The position numbers and the translations under genes were made by a program. From Squalus acanthias (Eukaryota), in contig CM059431.1 of NCBI GenBank assembly GCA_030390025.1, forward strand, positions 153,018,001-153,082,000: a stretch of 64,000 nucleotides of DNA. The letters run 5' to 3'. The stretch's first letter is position 1; each line of letters begins with the position of its first letter. The notes under the pieces were generated by a model. That model had not been told where the DNA came from and did not search any database. It was given only the letters and a program-made list of their open reading frames with translations. Shown in pieces: positions 34,830 to 48,019 of this stretch.

Positions 34830-37800
34830 CTTAGGAGATACAGCACAGAAACAGACCATTCGGCCCAACCAGTCCATGTCGGCGTTTAAGCTCCACTCGA
34901 GCCTCCTTTCATCTTTCCTCATCTAACTCTATCAGCACAAACCTATATTCCCTTCTCCCTCCTATTCTTATCTAGCCTCCCTTTAAATGTGTCTATACTG
35001 TTTGCTAGAACCACTCCCTGTGATAGCGAGGTTCACATCCTCACATTCTATTGGTAAGAACTTTCTTATGAATTCCGTATTTGATTTCATGCTGACTATT
35101 ATCTTATATTGACGGCCTTAAGTTTTGCTCTTCCCCACCAGTGGAAACATTCTCTCTGAGTCTACTCTATATCAAAACCTTTCTATAGTTTAAAGCCCTC
35201 TATTAGGTCACCTCTCAGCCTTCTCTTTTCAATAGAAAAGAGACTCCAGTCTGTTCATACTTCCTGATAGGTATATCCTCGCAATTCTTCTATCATCCTT
35301 GTAAATCTTTTTTGCACCCTCTCCAGTGCCTGTAAATCTCTTTAATAATATGGAGTCCAGCATTGTACACTGTTCTCCAAGTGTGGCATTACTAAGGTTA
35401 GATACAGGTTTAGCATAATTCTCTACTTTTCAATGATATCCTTCTTGAAATAAACCCTAGTGCTTGGTTTGCTTTTTTATGCGTCGCTAGCTTTTGTAAA
35501 CCAGTGTTGCTAGTTTCAGTGATTAGTGTATGTGTAATCCAAGATCGCTATGCTCTTCTATCCCATTTAGATTCTTATTTCCCAAGTAATATGTGACCTC
35601 CTTAATTTACTGACCAAAATGTAATACCTCCCATTTTTCTCTGTTGAAATTCATTTGCCAATTATATGCCCATTCTGCAAGTTTATTAATGTCTTCTTGT
35701 AATTTGTTGCAGTCCTCCTTAGTCCTGACTATCATAGCCCCCCACCCCCAGCAATTTGGTGACATCCGACAATTTCGAAATTGAGCTTTTGAATCCAAAG
35801 TCTAAATTGTTAACATAAATTATGAACAAACATGGTCCCATGCACTGAACATTGCGTGAATCCACTTTCCACATTCTGCCGCTCCGTATAGCTAATCTTT
35901 ACCCGTATTCTCTGATTTCTGTCTTGAAACCAGCTCGCTATCCATTCTGCTACTTGTCACCTGACTCTGCATTCTCTGACATTTTTCATTAGTCTGTCAT
36001 GTAGTTCTTTATCGAATACTTTTTTGAAATCTTGATAAATTACGTCAACTACTCAAAGCTTGTCTACGCTCTATGTTACCTCTTCAAAGAATTCAAATAG
36101 TGTGCTCAAACAAGACATTTTCTTTTGAAACGCATGCTGACTATTCATGATTAGATTTTTGCTCTTCGAGATGTTCTTCTATTTTTTCCTTTAGTAGGAA
36201 TTCCATTAATTTTCCTTCCACCGATGTTAAGCTGAATTAACTATAGTCCCACGGACATGTTCCATATCCCTAATTAAATATAGGTATTACGTTAGCAATC
36301 CACCAGTCCTTTTGCACTATACCTTTTTCGAACGAATTATTAAATATGTGTAATAGTGCCTCTTCTATCGCTTCCCTAGATTCCTTTAAAATGCGTGGAT
36401 GTAATTCGGCTGGAGCAGCGCATTTATCCTGTTTGAGTTTGATTAGTTGATCTAATATTTCTCCTTTTAAATTTTAAATGCGGTTATATCACTTCTAATC
36501 TCATCTTCCGATGTCACGTCTATCTGACCGTCTCCCTGGTAAAAACAGAAATAAAGTAAGTACATAATATTTCTGGCATTTCGCTATCGCTGCCTGTGAT
36601 TTAATACTGGCCGTTCCTTAACGGCCCTATTCCCATCTCGAATTTCCTTTTTTATTTATGTGCCTGCAGAATATTTTATTACATTGCTTTATGTTCCTTG
36701 CAAATTTAATCGCATAGTTCCCCTTTGCATTCCTACTTTGTTTGACTTCTCTCCTATCTCTTTGTATTCTTCCTTGCCATTATTTCACCTATTGTCCATT
36801 TTCTTAGTGTTCGCCTCTTTTTTTATCCTCATTTTTTTTTCTTTTGCCTTTATTCATCCATGGCGTCTCATTAGTGTTTAGCTTGTTCTTGATTTTTAGT
36901 GCAATATATTTTCCTGCACTCTGCTGAATACCGTTTTAAATGTTTCCCATTGTTGTTCTACATCATTGCTTGCCAATATCGCTGTACATTTTATTTTCCA
37001 AGTTCTATCCTCAGCCCCTCACATACGCATTTTCTCCAATCTGTTACCCTGATCGTCATCATACTTATGTCCTTCTCAATTATTAGCTGAAAGATTATTA
37101 TATTATGGTCACTGTTACCTAGATGCTGCCCCACTTTTTCTTCTCTTATCTGCTCTGGTTCATTCCCCATTACTCGATCCAGTCGCTAATCCTCCCTTTT
37201 CGGCTTCTTGCATATTGGGTTAGAAAGGAATCATTTGAACATAGTCGGAACTCCATTCCCCTATCCCCTTTACCTACCTCTTCTGCACAATTAATTTCGG
37301 GGCAGTTTAAATTTCCCATTAATATTATTTTTTTTACTAATTTCTCAAACTTTTTTTCCATATTTCTTCCTTCATCTCTTCTTCCAACATTAGTGGTCTA
37401 TAGACTACCTCTATTAGTGTGATTGAACCTTCATTATCTTTTATCTCTATCCACGTGGATTCTATTTCTGTCTAACTGATAACTCTGTCATGTTTTTACT
37501 GCCATTATGTTATCTCTAATAAGCAGAGCTAACCCACTTCCTATTTTGCCCACTTTTTCTTTTCTAAATATGTTATGCCCTGCAATGTTTAATTCCCAGT
37601 CCTGCTTTCTCTAGCCATGGCAAAGTATTCCCTACAATATCTGGTTCATCGCAACATAATATTGCCTCCAGTTCCCCTGTTTTGTTACGGACAGAGTGTG
37701 TATTGCTCTACAGAGAGTTAACTCATGTTTAATAGCAGTTCTTGTCACTTTATTTTCAACCATCTTTTTACTCCCTATTTCTATAACTCTATTTATTACC

Positions 37801-39300
37801 TAGAGTCTATGACCTCCCTTAGTTTGTTCCTTCCTATGTTCTGCGTTCCTGTTTCGTTTATATTTAGTCTGGTTTCATTTCTTATAGATCCCTTGTTACG
37901 AATGCTTCGTGCATTCAGATAAACAGCCTTTACTTTTAGCTTTCTTACCATTATCCCCTGCTTTCTCCTTGTTCGCTGATGCACTATTACCATTAAGCTC
38001 TCTGTTCTTTCCTGTCACACTCTGCTTATCTTTATCCAAATCGATACACTGCTCCAATGCCTTGAATTTTAGCTGAAAGGCCTATGAACAGTCAAGTTAT
38101 TAGATTCAACAGGATACATGTCCCAGCCCGGTTTAATGGAGCCCCTTCAATATGGAGCAGCTCACTCTTTCTCCAGTACTGGTGCCAGTGCCCATGAATC
38201 GAAACCTCTTCCTCCCAAACCATTCTTCCAGCAAAACATTTAACTCTCAGTTCTGCTTATCACGGTGGCAATTTGCACGTGGATGATGTCACAATCCAGA
38301 AATTATTACTTTTGAGGTCCTGCGATTTAAATTGTATGCTCGCTCCTCAAACTCAGCAGAACCTCATTCCCAGTTCGACGTATGTCTGTGGTTCCGACGT
38401 GGAATACGACCACTGGATCCTCCCCCTCCCACTACAAATGTTTCTCTAGCTGCGGGGAGATATCCTTAAACCTGACAGGCAACAGAGCCTTCGGAACACC
38501 GGTCCTGGCTGCAGAAAACAGTATTTCTCCCCCTGACTATGCTGTCCTCTACCACAACTACATTCATTTTCACTCGTCCCACTGGAATGGCCTCCTATGC
38601 CAAGGTGCCGTGGTCAGTTTGCTCATCCATACTGCAGACTTTGCCCTCATCCACACAGGCAGCAAGAACCTCATACCTGCTGAATACGTACTAAGCCGAG
38701 GCTCCTCCATCACTGCACCTGGGGTCACCTTACCTGCCTGAGTCGCAGTCACACCCTCCTGTTCCTGACCACTAACCAGGCCTGTTCCACTACCTAACCG
38801 AAGGGGTGTGACTGCCCCCTGGATCAAAGTGTCAAGGTAACTCTCCCCCGCCCTGATGCCTCGCAATGTCTGCACCTCGGTCTCCTGTTCAACAACTCTG
38901 AGAAGAAGTTCCTCGAGGTGCAGGCACTAAGTGCAAACGTGGTCATCAGGAATCGCGATTCTCGACACAAACATATCACCCGCACTGCCATCACTATATA
39001 ACCTCGTTTTAGTTATTTAATTAATTAATGTTTATGCATTCAATTAACTTAGCTCATAATTTAGTTTTTAAATACTTACTAAATCTAGTTCAAGTTATAG
39101 GTTGAACCCACTTCGCTGGCTGAGAGTAAAATAAACTGTAAAACTCACCAACCAATCACCTACCTGCTGTCCGGTGACGTCACTCCATGATAATTCGTTG
39201 TTGTTTTTGAATTTCCCGAATAAATATGCCGCTGCTGCTCAGGTCTGCCCCGCCCCAGGATCTTTCCTCCCGCTGCTTTTATGCCGCCGCTCCTCATCTT
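34830..39300 (-). mobile_element. Old, near-full-length degenerate CR1 LINE (paralog of 11960-15390, retains more ORF1/5' sequence)
   Basis: YLNARSIRNKG, ILMGNLNCPEIN, LAEWAYNWQMNFN; ESYLDTLIQGAVTPLR is an ORF1-like remnant. Confidence 0.88.
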
Positions 39301-39907
39301 GTTCAGATCCGCTTTCATGGTTATGTCCTTTCTGGTACTGAGCAATTAGAGGAATGTACTTGATAGCTTTGCCACTACAAGAAACATCGGAACCATGCAG
39401 AGGGAGATTCTATCCAAACATCGACAGAACCCCTACCCCCTCTCCCAGCTTTTTGTAGATAGCCAGAAATGGCAGGGATGGCTTGTATCGGATGCCTCCA
39501 GCTGCCTGATCTTGGGTTATCGCTGTGTGTGCTGAAGTGAAGTGTTGCCCGTGAATGCGAGACCAGCATGCGATGTGCATGATGAAGATTCCATGAAGAA
39601 TGGGTCCAAGACATGGCCAGTCACGCTTGAGTCAGCACTACAAGAAGTTCTCAATGTGGCTCTGGAGAGAGTAATGTGTAAAGCAAATGGGTAGATATCT
39701 GCAGAAGAGAATAGATCGAGATAGATATATGATGCTGATGAGATTTTTTTAGGTTTAGCCTTCAGTAATCTAATGCCAAAGGTGGGGTATTGTTAGGAAA
39801 TAGTTAATCAGACTGCCTAAAGTGTGCTAATGTTATACTGTATTGCTTTATCGTTCTATAGCTTTAATTTTAATATGTAGCCTCGGCCTGTTAAGCAGGG
39901 AAGGAGC

Positions 39908-40410
39908 AAAGGCATGGATGAGGGTTTCAGCAGCAGATGAGCTGAGGCAGGGCCGGAGACGGGCAATGTTATGGAGGTGGAAATAGGCGGTCTTATGCCG
40001 CTGATATGTGGTTGCAAGCTCATGCAGGGTCAAATATGACACGAAGGTTGCGAACAGTCTGTTTCAGCCTCAGACAGATGCTAGGGAGAGGGATGGAGTC
40101 GGTGACTATGGAACGGAGTTTGTGGAGGGGACTGAAGACAATGGCTTCGGTCTTCCCAATATTTAAGTGGAGACAATTTCTACTCATCCAGTACTGGATG
40201 TCGGACAAACAGTCTGACAATTTAGAGACGGTGGAGGGGACGAGAGAAAAGGTCGTGAGTTAGAGCTGGGTGTCGTCACCGTACATGTGGAAACTGACGC
40301 CGTGGTTTCGGATGGTGTCGCCAAGGGGCAGCAGAGAGTTGAGAAATAGGAGGGGAGCAAGAATACATCCTTCGGGGACCTCAGAGGAAATGATGCGGGA
40401 GTGGGAAGAG
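39908..40410 (-). mobile_element. L2 fragment (paralog of 9070-9575)
   Basis: LSDIQYWMSRNCLHLNIGKTEAIVFSP and AETLIHAF. Confidence 0.88.
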
Positions 40411-41259
40411 GGAATTTCGCTTCAAAGCCCACCCGACAAAGTGATCGTTACGCAAGGAAAACTACCCTTATTGATCAAGGATAAGACGATGAAAGTCTCC
40501 ATATATGGAGTTATATGTTAACTATCATAACGTTATATAATGCATCATTGTGTGGATGGTCACAGAGAGGGAGTGAGACAAATTGTAATCAAATTGGCTC
40601 TTTATACTGCGTATTCTGAGTCTTAAAAGCTTAAGATACTGAGCTGAGAACTGTAAGACGTTTCAATCGCCAAGCAACCATCATTAGGTATGGCTACAAC
40701 TTTCAACTGTATGTTTAAGTACTATTGCAAGGACTGTGTGCTCAATAAACCTATGACACCTCACATCAATTTTCAAAAACCTTATTGAAAACTTTCCTCT
40801 ATCAATAGCCTGAGTACTTTAATAGTCCGTGGTGTTCATATATAATTTGTGATAAAGTGCCCCCTTGACGCGTCACTCGTTCACGTTCCACTTTATGCTG
40901 ACCTTCTGAAAACAAACAAACTCCACTTGGTTTCAGGTCCCCGGAGCCCCTGCTCTGCAAATCCGGCTCGCATCCAGCTTCTGGGGAAGTGGTGATGAGT
41001 TGCTGGCGGATCTGAGAAGTAGGTTGATTATCATTTAAGTAGTTTTAGACGAACACTATTTATGCCAAGAGTCAGGCAGCAGGTTGGGGTTTTAATTCCG
41101 TCAGCCAGCGATGTATCTGCACCCAGCTACAATCGTGAGAAGGCGCCGTCAAACATGGCCGAAAGCACGTCACAGAAACATGGCCGACGGCACGTCAGAC
41201 AGCCAGCAAACACAGAGGGAGAGAGACTGACGCTGACTGAAGCTCAATGACACACAGAG

Positions 41260-42210
41260 CCTAGCGTCACACAGACTGCAGACTGACGTCACACAGACTG
41301 CAGACTGACCTCACAGAGACTGCAGACTGACGTCAAACAGACTGTCGTCATACAGATTGCAGACAGAGTCACACAGACTGCAGACAGAATCGCACAGGCT
41401 GCAGACTGATGTCACACAGACTGCAGAGTCACACAGACTGCAAACTGACGTCACATAAATGCAGACAGTGTGACACAGATTGCAGACAGAGTCACTCAGA
41501 CTGCAGACTTAAATCACACAGATGCCAGCATTACGTCACACTGACTGCAGACTGACGTCAAACAGTCTGCAGACAGACGCTTCACAGAATGTAGAATGAC
41601 GTCACACAGGCAGCAGGCAGTGTCACACGGATTGTAGAATGACGTCACAGAGACGGCAGACAGTCGCACAGACTGCAGACTGACTTCACACGGACTGCAA
41701 AATGACGTCACACACACTGCAGGAGCGTCACACAGACTGCAGACAGCGTCACACAGACAGCAGACTGATGTCACACAGAACACAGGCAGAGTCAAACAGA
41801 CTGCAGAATTACGTCACACTGACTGCAGACTGACGTCAAACAGAACGCAAACAGAGTCACGCAGACTGCAAAATTCCGCCACACAGACTGCAGAATTCCG
41901 CCACACAGACTGTATACTGACGTCGCACAGACTGCAGACTGACGTCACACAGACTGCAAACTGACGTCACACAGAATGCAGTTAGCGTCACACAGACTGC
42001 AGACAGAGTCACAACGACTGCAAAATTCCGCCATACTGACTGCAGAATTCCGCCACACAGACTGCAGACTGACGTCACACAGATTGCATACTGACGTCAC
42101 ACAGACTGCAGACTGACGTCATATAGACGACAGTCAGACGTCACACAGCGTGTAGAGTGACGTAAGACATACTGCAGATAAACGTCACACAAATTACAGA
42201 CTGCACGGTG
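41260..42210. repeat. TGACGTCA-rich 20-22-bp minisatellite, reverse orientation
   Basis: (agactgacgtcacacagactgc)n. Confidence 0.93.
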
Positions 42211-42227
42211 TCACCAGAGGACGGGGA

Positions 42228-43165
42228 ATCATAGAATCATGGAATGGTTACAGCAGAGAAGGAGTCTATTCGGCCTGTCGAGCCCCTGCCGGCTCTATGC
42301 AACAGCACTTCAGCGAGTCTCACTCCCCCGCACTTCCGCCGTAGCCCTGCAATTTCTTATCCTTCAGGTACTTATCCAATTTCCTTTTGCGCGTCATGAT
42401 TGAAACTGCTTCCACTACCCTCTCAGGCAGTGCATTCCAGATCCTAACCTCTTGCTGCGTAAAAAAATGTTCTTCCTCATGACGCCTTTTGTTTTTCTGG
42501 CAATCAACTTAAATCTGTGTCCTCTGGTTCTCCACCCTTCCGCCATTGGAAACAGTTTCTCTCTGCCTACTCCGTCTAGACGCCCCTACTCTGTCGAGCA
42601 CCTCTATCAAATCTCCTGTCAACCTTCTCTGCTCCAAGGAGAACAAAAACAGCGTCTTTAATCTATCCACATAACTGAAGTCACTCATCCAAGGAACCAT
42701 TTTTGTAAAAGTTTTCGGCACCCTCTCTAAGGCCTTCACATCCTTCCGACAGTGTTGTGCGCAGAATTGGACACAATACTCCAGTTGAGGCTGAACCAGT
42801 GTTTTATAAAGTTTCATCACAACTTCCTTGCTTTTGCACTCTATGCCTCTATTTATGAAGCCCAGGAGCCCGTATGCTTTTTTAACCACTTTCTCAAAAT
42901 GCCCTGCCACCCTCATCGATTTGTGTACATATGGGTCTTCTGTATTCATGCACCCCCTTTAGAATTGTGCCCTTTAGTTTATATGGTCTCACCTCGTTCT
43001 TCCGATCAAAATGTCTCACTTCACAATTTTCGACGTAAAATTTCATCTGCCACGTGTCATCCATTCCACCGGCCTGTCCATGTCCTCTTGAAGTCTATCA
43101 CTATCTTCCTCACTGTTGACTATACTTCCTAGATTTGTGTCACCTGCAAATTTTGAAATGGTGCT
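42228..43165 (-). mobile_element. CR1 LINE 3' fragment
   Basis: KKAYGLLGFINRGIECKSKEVVMKLYKTLVQPQLEYCVQF. Confidence 0.88.
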
Positions 43166-43304
43166 CTGGGGCAATCTGGGGATTGTTAAGGGAACGGGGG
43201 AGATAGGGAGAAAGAGCAAAAGAAAAATCACAGCAGATGGGGGAAAGTAATCGGAAAGGGAGGTTTAAAAAATCCAGAGAGGTAACAGAAAAAACAGGTT
43301 AGAG

Positions 43305-43748
43305 CTTGATGACCTACATTGGCTCCCATTTAAGCAACACCTCGATTTTAAAATTCTCAAACTTATTTTCAAATCCCTCCATGGCCTCGCCCCTCCTTAT
43401 CTCTGTAATCTTCTCCAGCTCTATTATCCCCTTAGGTCTCTGTGCTCCGCCTACTGTGGCCTTTTGAACATCCCCGATTTTAAATGCTCCGCCCCTGGCG
43501 GTCCTGCCTTTCAGTCGCCTAGGTCCGAAGCTGTGGAATTCCCTCCCTAAATCTCTCTGCATCTCCACTTCGCTTCCTACTTTAAGACGCTCCTTAAAAC
43601 TACATCTTCGACCACGAATGTGTGTATCTGCCCTAACATCTCCTTATTTGGCTCGGTGTCCAATTTACTTTTTTTTTCAAACTCCTGTGAAGCGCCTTGG
43701 GACGTTTTATTACGGTAAACGCGCTATATAAATATAAGTTGTTGTTGA
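43305..43748 (+). mobile_element. L2 LINE 3' fragment
   Basis: gacctacattggctccc...gtgaagcgccttgggacg...gcgctatataaatataagttgttgttg. Confidence 0.8.
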
Positions 43749-43819
43749 ACTAAAACAAAGAAACTTCTGAAAAAGAACAATGGAAGTTATGGAATGAAAG
43801 GAAAGTCTGAGAATTTTAT

Positions 43820-44075
43820 CTGTGCAGGTGAGTGAGGCCCCCCACGGTAGATCAGCCTATTGTTCATCTGTACTCAATAGTTGAAGATCTGAGCAATGTA
43901 CCTGTGCAGGTGAGTGATGCCCAAAATGTTGGATCAGCCGAATGCCCATCTTCTCTCAATGGTTAAAGATCTGAGCAATAAACCTGAGCAGGTGAGTGAG
44001 TCCCCCCACGGTGGATCAGCCCTCTGCTTGTCTGTACTTATCAGTTAAAGATCTGAGAAATGTACCTGCACCTGA
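43820..44075. repeat. 81-bp tandem repeat, reverse paralog, about 3 degenerate copies
   Basis: caggtgagtgag...ccacggtggatcagcc repeated. Confidence 0.8.
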
Positions 44076-44554
44076 TACATCTGTGAGTGAGGCAAGTGAA
44101 TAATAGAGAGAGACACCACCAAAGGGAAATAGATAAATGTGTCACTGAATACATTGAGCGAAACAGAGAGACAATGACAGAGAGAGAGAGATATATGTGA
44201 TACTGAATGCAGTGAAAGACACAGAAATACACCAACAAAGGGAGATAGATAAAGGTGACACTAAATACAGTGAGTGACATCGAGAGACAACAACAGAGGG
44301 AGATACATAAATGTGAGACCAAATACAATGAGTAATACAGGAAGAAACCAACAGAGAGAGAAAGATCCAGGTGTGTATTAATAAATATAGTGTCACGGGA
44401 AGGGAACAGTTTAACTAGGGTTGTGCTGACAATACCCCATTATAATGCCACCTTATCCTGTGTATCGGGGTAAAGGGATCAGCACTGTTCTGTGTAACAC
44501 AAATTGACAATGTGAGGGCTCATTAAACACAGCCTGACTGAGGTAGAGCGACCT

Positions 44555-45205
44555 TATGTAATATAAACAGAGACCTGTTGTGGTGCAGTAATAACTGAGA
44601 CAGAGCCAAGAATAATATAAACAGAGACATGGCCTAGTGTAATATAAACAGAGACAGGGTCTAGTGTAATATATACTGAGACAGGGTCAAATGCAGTAAT
44701 AACTGAAACAGGGCCGAGAGTAATATAAAAAGAGACAGGGTCCTGTGCAGTAATAACTGAGACAGGCTCCAGCGTGTTATAAACAGAGTAAGGTCTAGTG
44801 CAGTAATAACTGAGACAGGTTCCATAGTGTTATAAACAGAGACAGGGTCTAGTGCAGTAATAACTGAGACAGGCTCCAGAGTGTTATAAACAGAGACAGG
44901 GTCTAGTGCAGTAATAACTGAGACAGGCTCCAGAGTGTTATAAGCAGAGACAGAGTCTAGTGCAGTAATAACTGAGACAGGCTCCAGAGTGTTATAAACA
45001 GAGACAGGGTCTAGTGCAGTAATAACTGAGACAGGCTCCAGAGTGTTATAAACAGAGACAGGGTCTAGTGCAGTAATAACTGAGACAGGCTCCAGAGTGT
45101 TATAAACAGAGATAGGGTCTAGTGCGGTAATAACTGAGACAGGTTCTGGTGTAATATAAAAAGAGGCAGGTTCTAGTGCAGTTATAACTGAGACAGGCCT
45201 AGTGC
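44555..45205. repeat. 27-bp minisatellite with a 54-bp dimer structure, reverse orientation
   Basis: Alternating LEPVSVITA / LDPVSVYNT units in ORF 44661-45260. Confidence 0.93.
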
Positions 45206-45900
45206 AAACACAGAAAGCTAGCACGCAGGCACAGCAAGCAAGAAGGAAGCCAAATGGCATGTTGGTCTTTACTGCAAGGGGTTTGGGGAATAAGATTAAG
45301 GAAGTCTTGCTACAATTGTACAGGGCCTTGGTGAGACCACACCTGGAGTACTGTGCACAGTTTGGTCTCCTTATCTAAGGAAGGATATACATGCCTTGGA
45401 GGCGGTGCAACGAATGTTCACTAGATTGATATCTGGGATGAGAGGGCGGTCCTATGATGAGAGATTGTGCAGAATGGGCCTATCCTCTCTGGAGTTTAGA
45501 AGAATGAGAGGTCATCTCATTGAAACATACACGATTCTGAAGTGGCTTGACAGGGTAGTTGCTGAAAGGTTGTTTCCCCTGGCAGGAGTGTCTAGAACTA
45601 GGGGGCATGTCTCAGAATAAAGGGTAGGCTATTTAAGACTGAGATGAGGAGGAATTTCTTCACTCAGAGGGTAGGGAATATTTGGAATTCTCTGCCCCAG
45701 AGGGCTATGAATGCTGAGTCTTTGAACATATTCAAGGCTGAGATAGATAGATTTTTGGACTCTTGGGGATTCAAGCGATATGGAGATCGGGCAGGAAAGT
45801 GGAGTTGAGGTCGACGATCAGCCATGATCTTATTGAATGGCGGAGCAGGCTCGAGTGGCCGTATGGCCTACTCCTGCTCTTATTTCTTATGTTCTTATGT
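45206..45900 (+). mobile_element. CR1 LINE 3' fragment
   Basis: LEAVQRMFTRLISGMRGRSYDERL...RRMRGHLIETY; tail ttcttatgttcttatg. Confidence 0.9.
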
Positions 45901-47684
45901 CTAGTGCAGTAATAACTGAGGCAGGGTCTAGTGTGACGTCAGTCTGTGTGACGTCAGCCTGCAGTCTGTGTGATGTCAGTCAACAGCCTGTGTGTGTCCC
46001 TGAGCTTCAGTCAGGGTTGCTCTCTCTCGCTCTGTGTTTGAGGAACGTGTGTCTGCTGGTTGTCTGACGTGCCGTCGGGCATATTTAACGGCTATGGGAA
46101 TTGAGGGGAACACAGCAAATATTTATTTAGAAATAGATGTGATGAGAATATCAGGGACACATGGTAACTATTTAATTATAAATATAGGGACTCAAGGAAA
46201 CACAACCACTATTTAATTAGAAAGAGGGGCGAGGAATCACAACTATATTGATTTGAATTTGTCACGGTAATGCAATGGTTAACTTTTGCATGCCTTTGCT
46301 TTCTACTTTATCTGTTGAATTTGGATGATGTGGTTGATTACACATCTTCTGTTCACGATTCTAGCTGGGTGCAGATACATCGCTGACTGACGGCATTAAA
46401 ACCTGTGCCTGCTGCCTGACCCTTGGCTTAAATACTGTTGGTCGTCTGAATCTAGTTAAAAGAGAATGTGCCTATTGCACAAAACTGCCCGCAACTCATC
46501 GTCACTTCCCCTTAGAAGCTGGATGCGGGCCGGATAGCAGAGCCTGGGCTCCCCGGGGACCTTAAACCATGTGGAGTTTGTTTGTTTGGGGAACGTCAGC
46601 ATAAAGTGGAATGTGAGTTACGGGTAAAGAGGGCATTTAATCACAGTTAATAAATAAAGCCCATTGAAAATTGAAGTACTAAGGCTGTTGTTAGAGTAAA
46701 CTTTTCAATAAAGTTCTTGAAACTTGGACTGAGATTTCATAGGTTTATTGAGCCCACAGTATGTGCAATAGTACTTAAACATACACGTAAAATGTAGCAC
46801 TTACAACCACAGCTGATGATGGTTGGTTAGGGATTGAGATGTCTTAAATTTCTGAGCTCAGTATCCAGGCTTTCACGAATCGGAATACTCAGTACAAACA
46901 GCCAGTTGTATTACATTGGTCCCACTGCCTCTCCGTGACCATCCACACAATATTGCATTATGTAGCTACATGAAAGTTAAACTGTAACTCCATATAAGGA
47001 GACTTTCATCGACTTATCCTTGATCAATAAGGTCAGTTTTCCTGACTTAACGATCTCCTTGTCTGGTGGGCTTACAAGCGTAATTACCTCAGAGCCGTTA
47101 CCTTATCGATAGTTTCACTCGTGATCCAAACATTTCAATTCTACCAAGTGAAACCGTTAATTATAAGTCTGCCTTAGTTTTTGGATCATTCTGCCAATTA
47201 AAATGATGATGTATGCCCCGATATTATCCTTTGTAGATCTAACTGTCTTCCAACATTGTAACAAATTATTAAAGTTCTCTGAAATTTTTGAATCAGTTTG
47301 CAATGGCATGTGTTTAATTAAATCTCTAATTGCTGCATCCTGAGACTGACCATTGCTGCAGGGGAATTTTAAATGACTTATACTTCTAACTAAACAGGAA
47401 CAGGCTAAAGATTAACATTACTACAATAGAGAGATAAACCAATACAGTATAATATTAGCAGACTTTAGTACAGTCTGATTAACCCTTTCCTACAATCTCC
47501 CCTCCGTTTGCGCTAGATTACTTAAGACCAAATCTAAGCAATATCACATCAGCATCATATATCTATCACAATCTTTACTCTTCTGCAGATCTCTACCCAT
47601 TTGTTTTACACATTACTCTCTCCAGAGCCACATTAATCATTTCATGTAGTGGTGATGTCACCGTGACTGATATGTCTTGAATAA

Positions 47685-48019
47685 ATTTCACAGGATTACA
47701 TGGGATATACGGCACAGAGACAGACCATTCGGCCCAACCAGTCCATGCCGGTGTTTATGCTCCACTTGAACCTCCTCCCGTCTTTCCCCATCTAAATCTA
47801 TCAGCATAACCCTCTATTCGCTTCTCCCTCATATGCTTGTCTAGCCTCCCCTTAAATGCATCTATACTATTCGCTTCAACCACTCCCTGTGGTAGCGAGT
47901 TCCACATTCTCACCACTCTTTGGGTAAAAATGTTTCTACTGAATTCCCTATTGGATTTCTTGTTGACTCTCTTATATTGATGGCCTCTAGTTATGCTCTT
48001 CCCCACAAGTGAAAATATT
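47685..48019 (-). mobile_element. CR1 LINE 3' end, cut by the Harbinger element
   Basis: VGKSITRGHQYK...RNIFTQRVVRMWNSLPQGVVEA; same subfamily as 57225-58200. Confidence 0.88.

Larger units (their letters stand above)
23490..47680. repeat. Right arm of the large inverted segmental duplication (inner boundary uncertain)
   Basis: Mirror image of 90-22720. Unique-sequence homology starts at ~31510 (equivalent to ~21195); the inner part is the 26-bp minisatellite in the opposite orientation. Confidence 0.9.
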
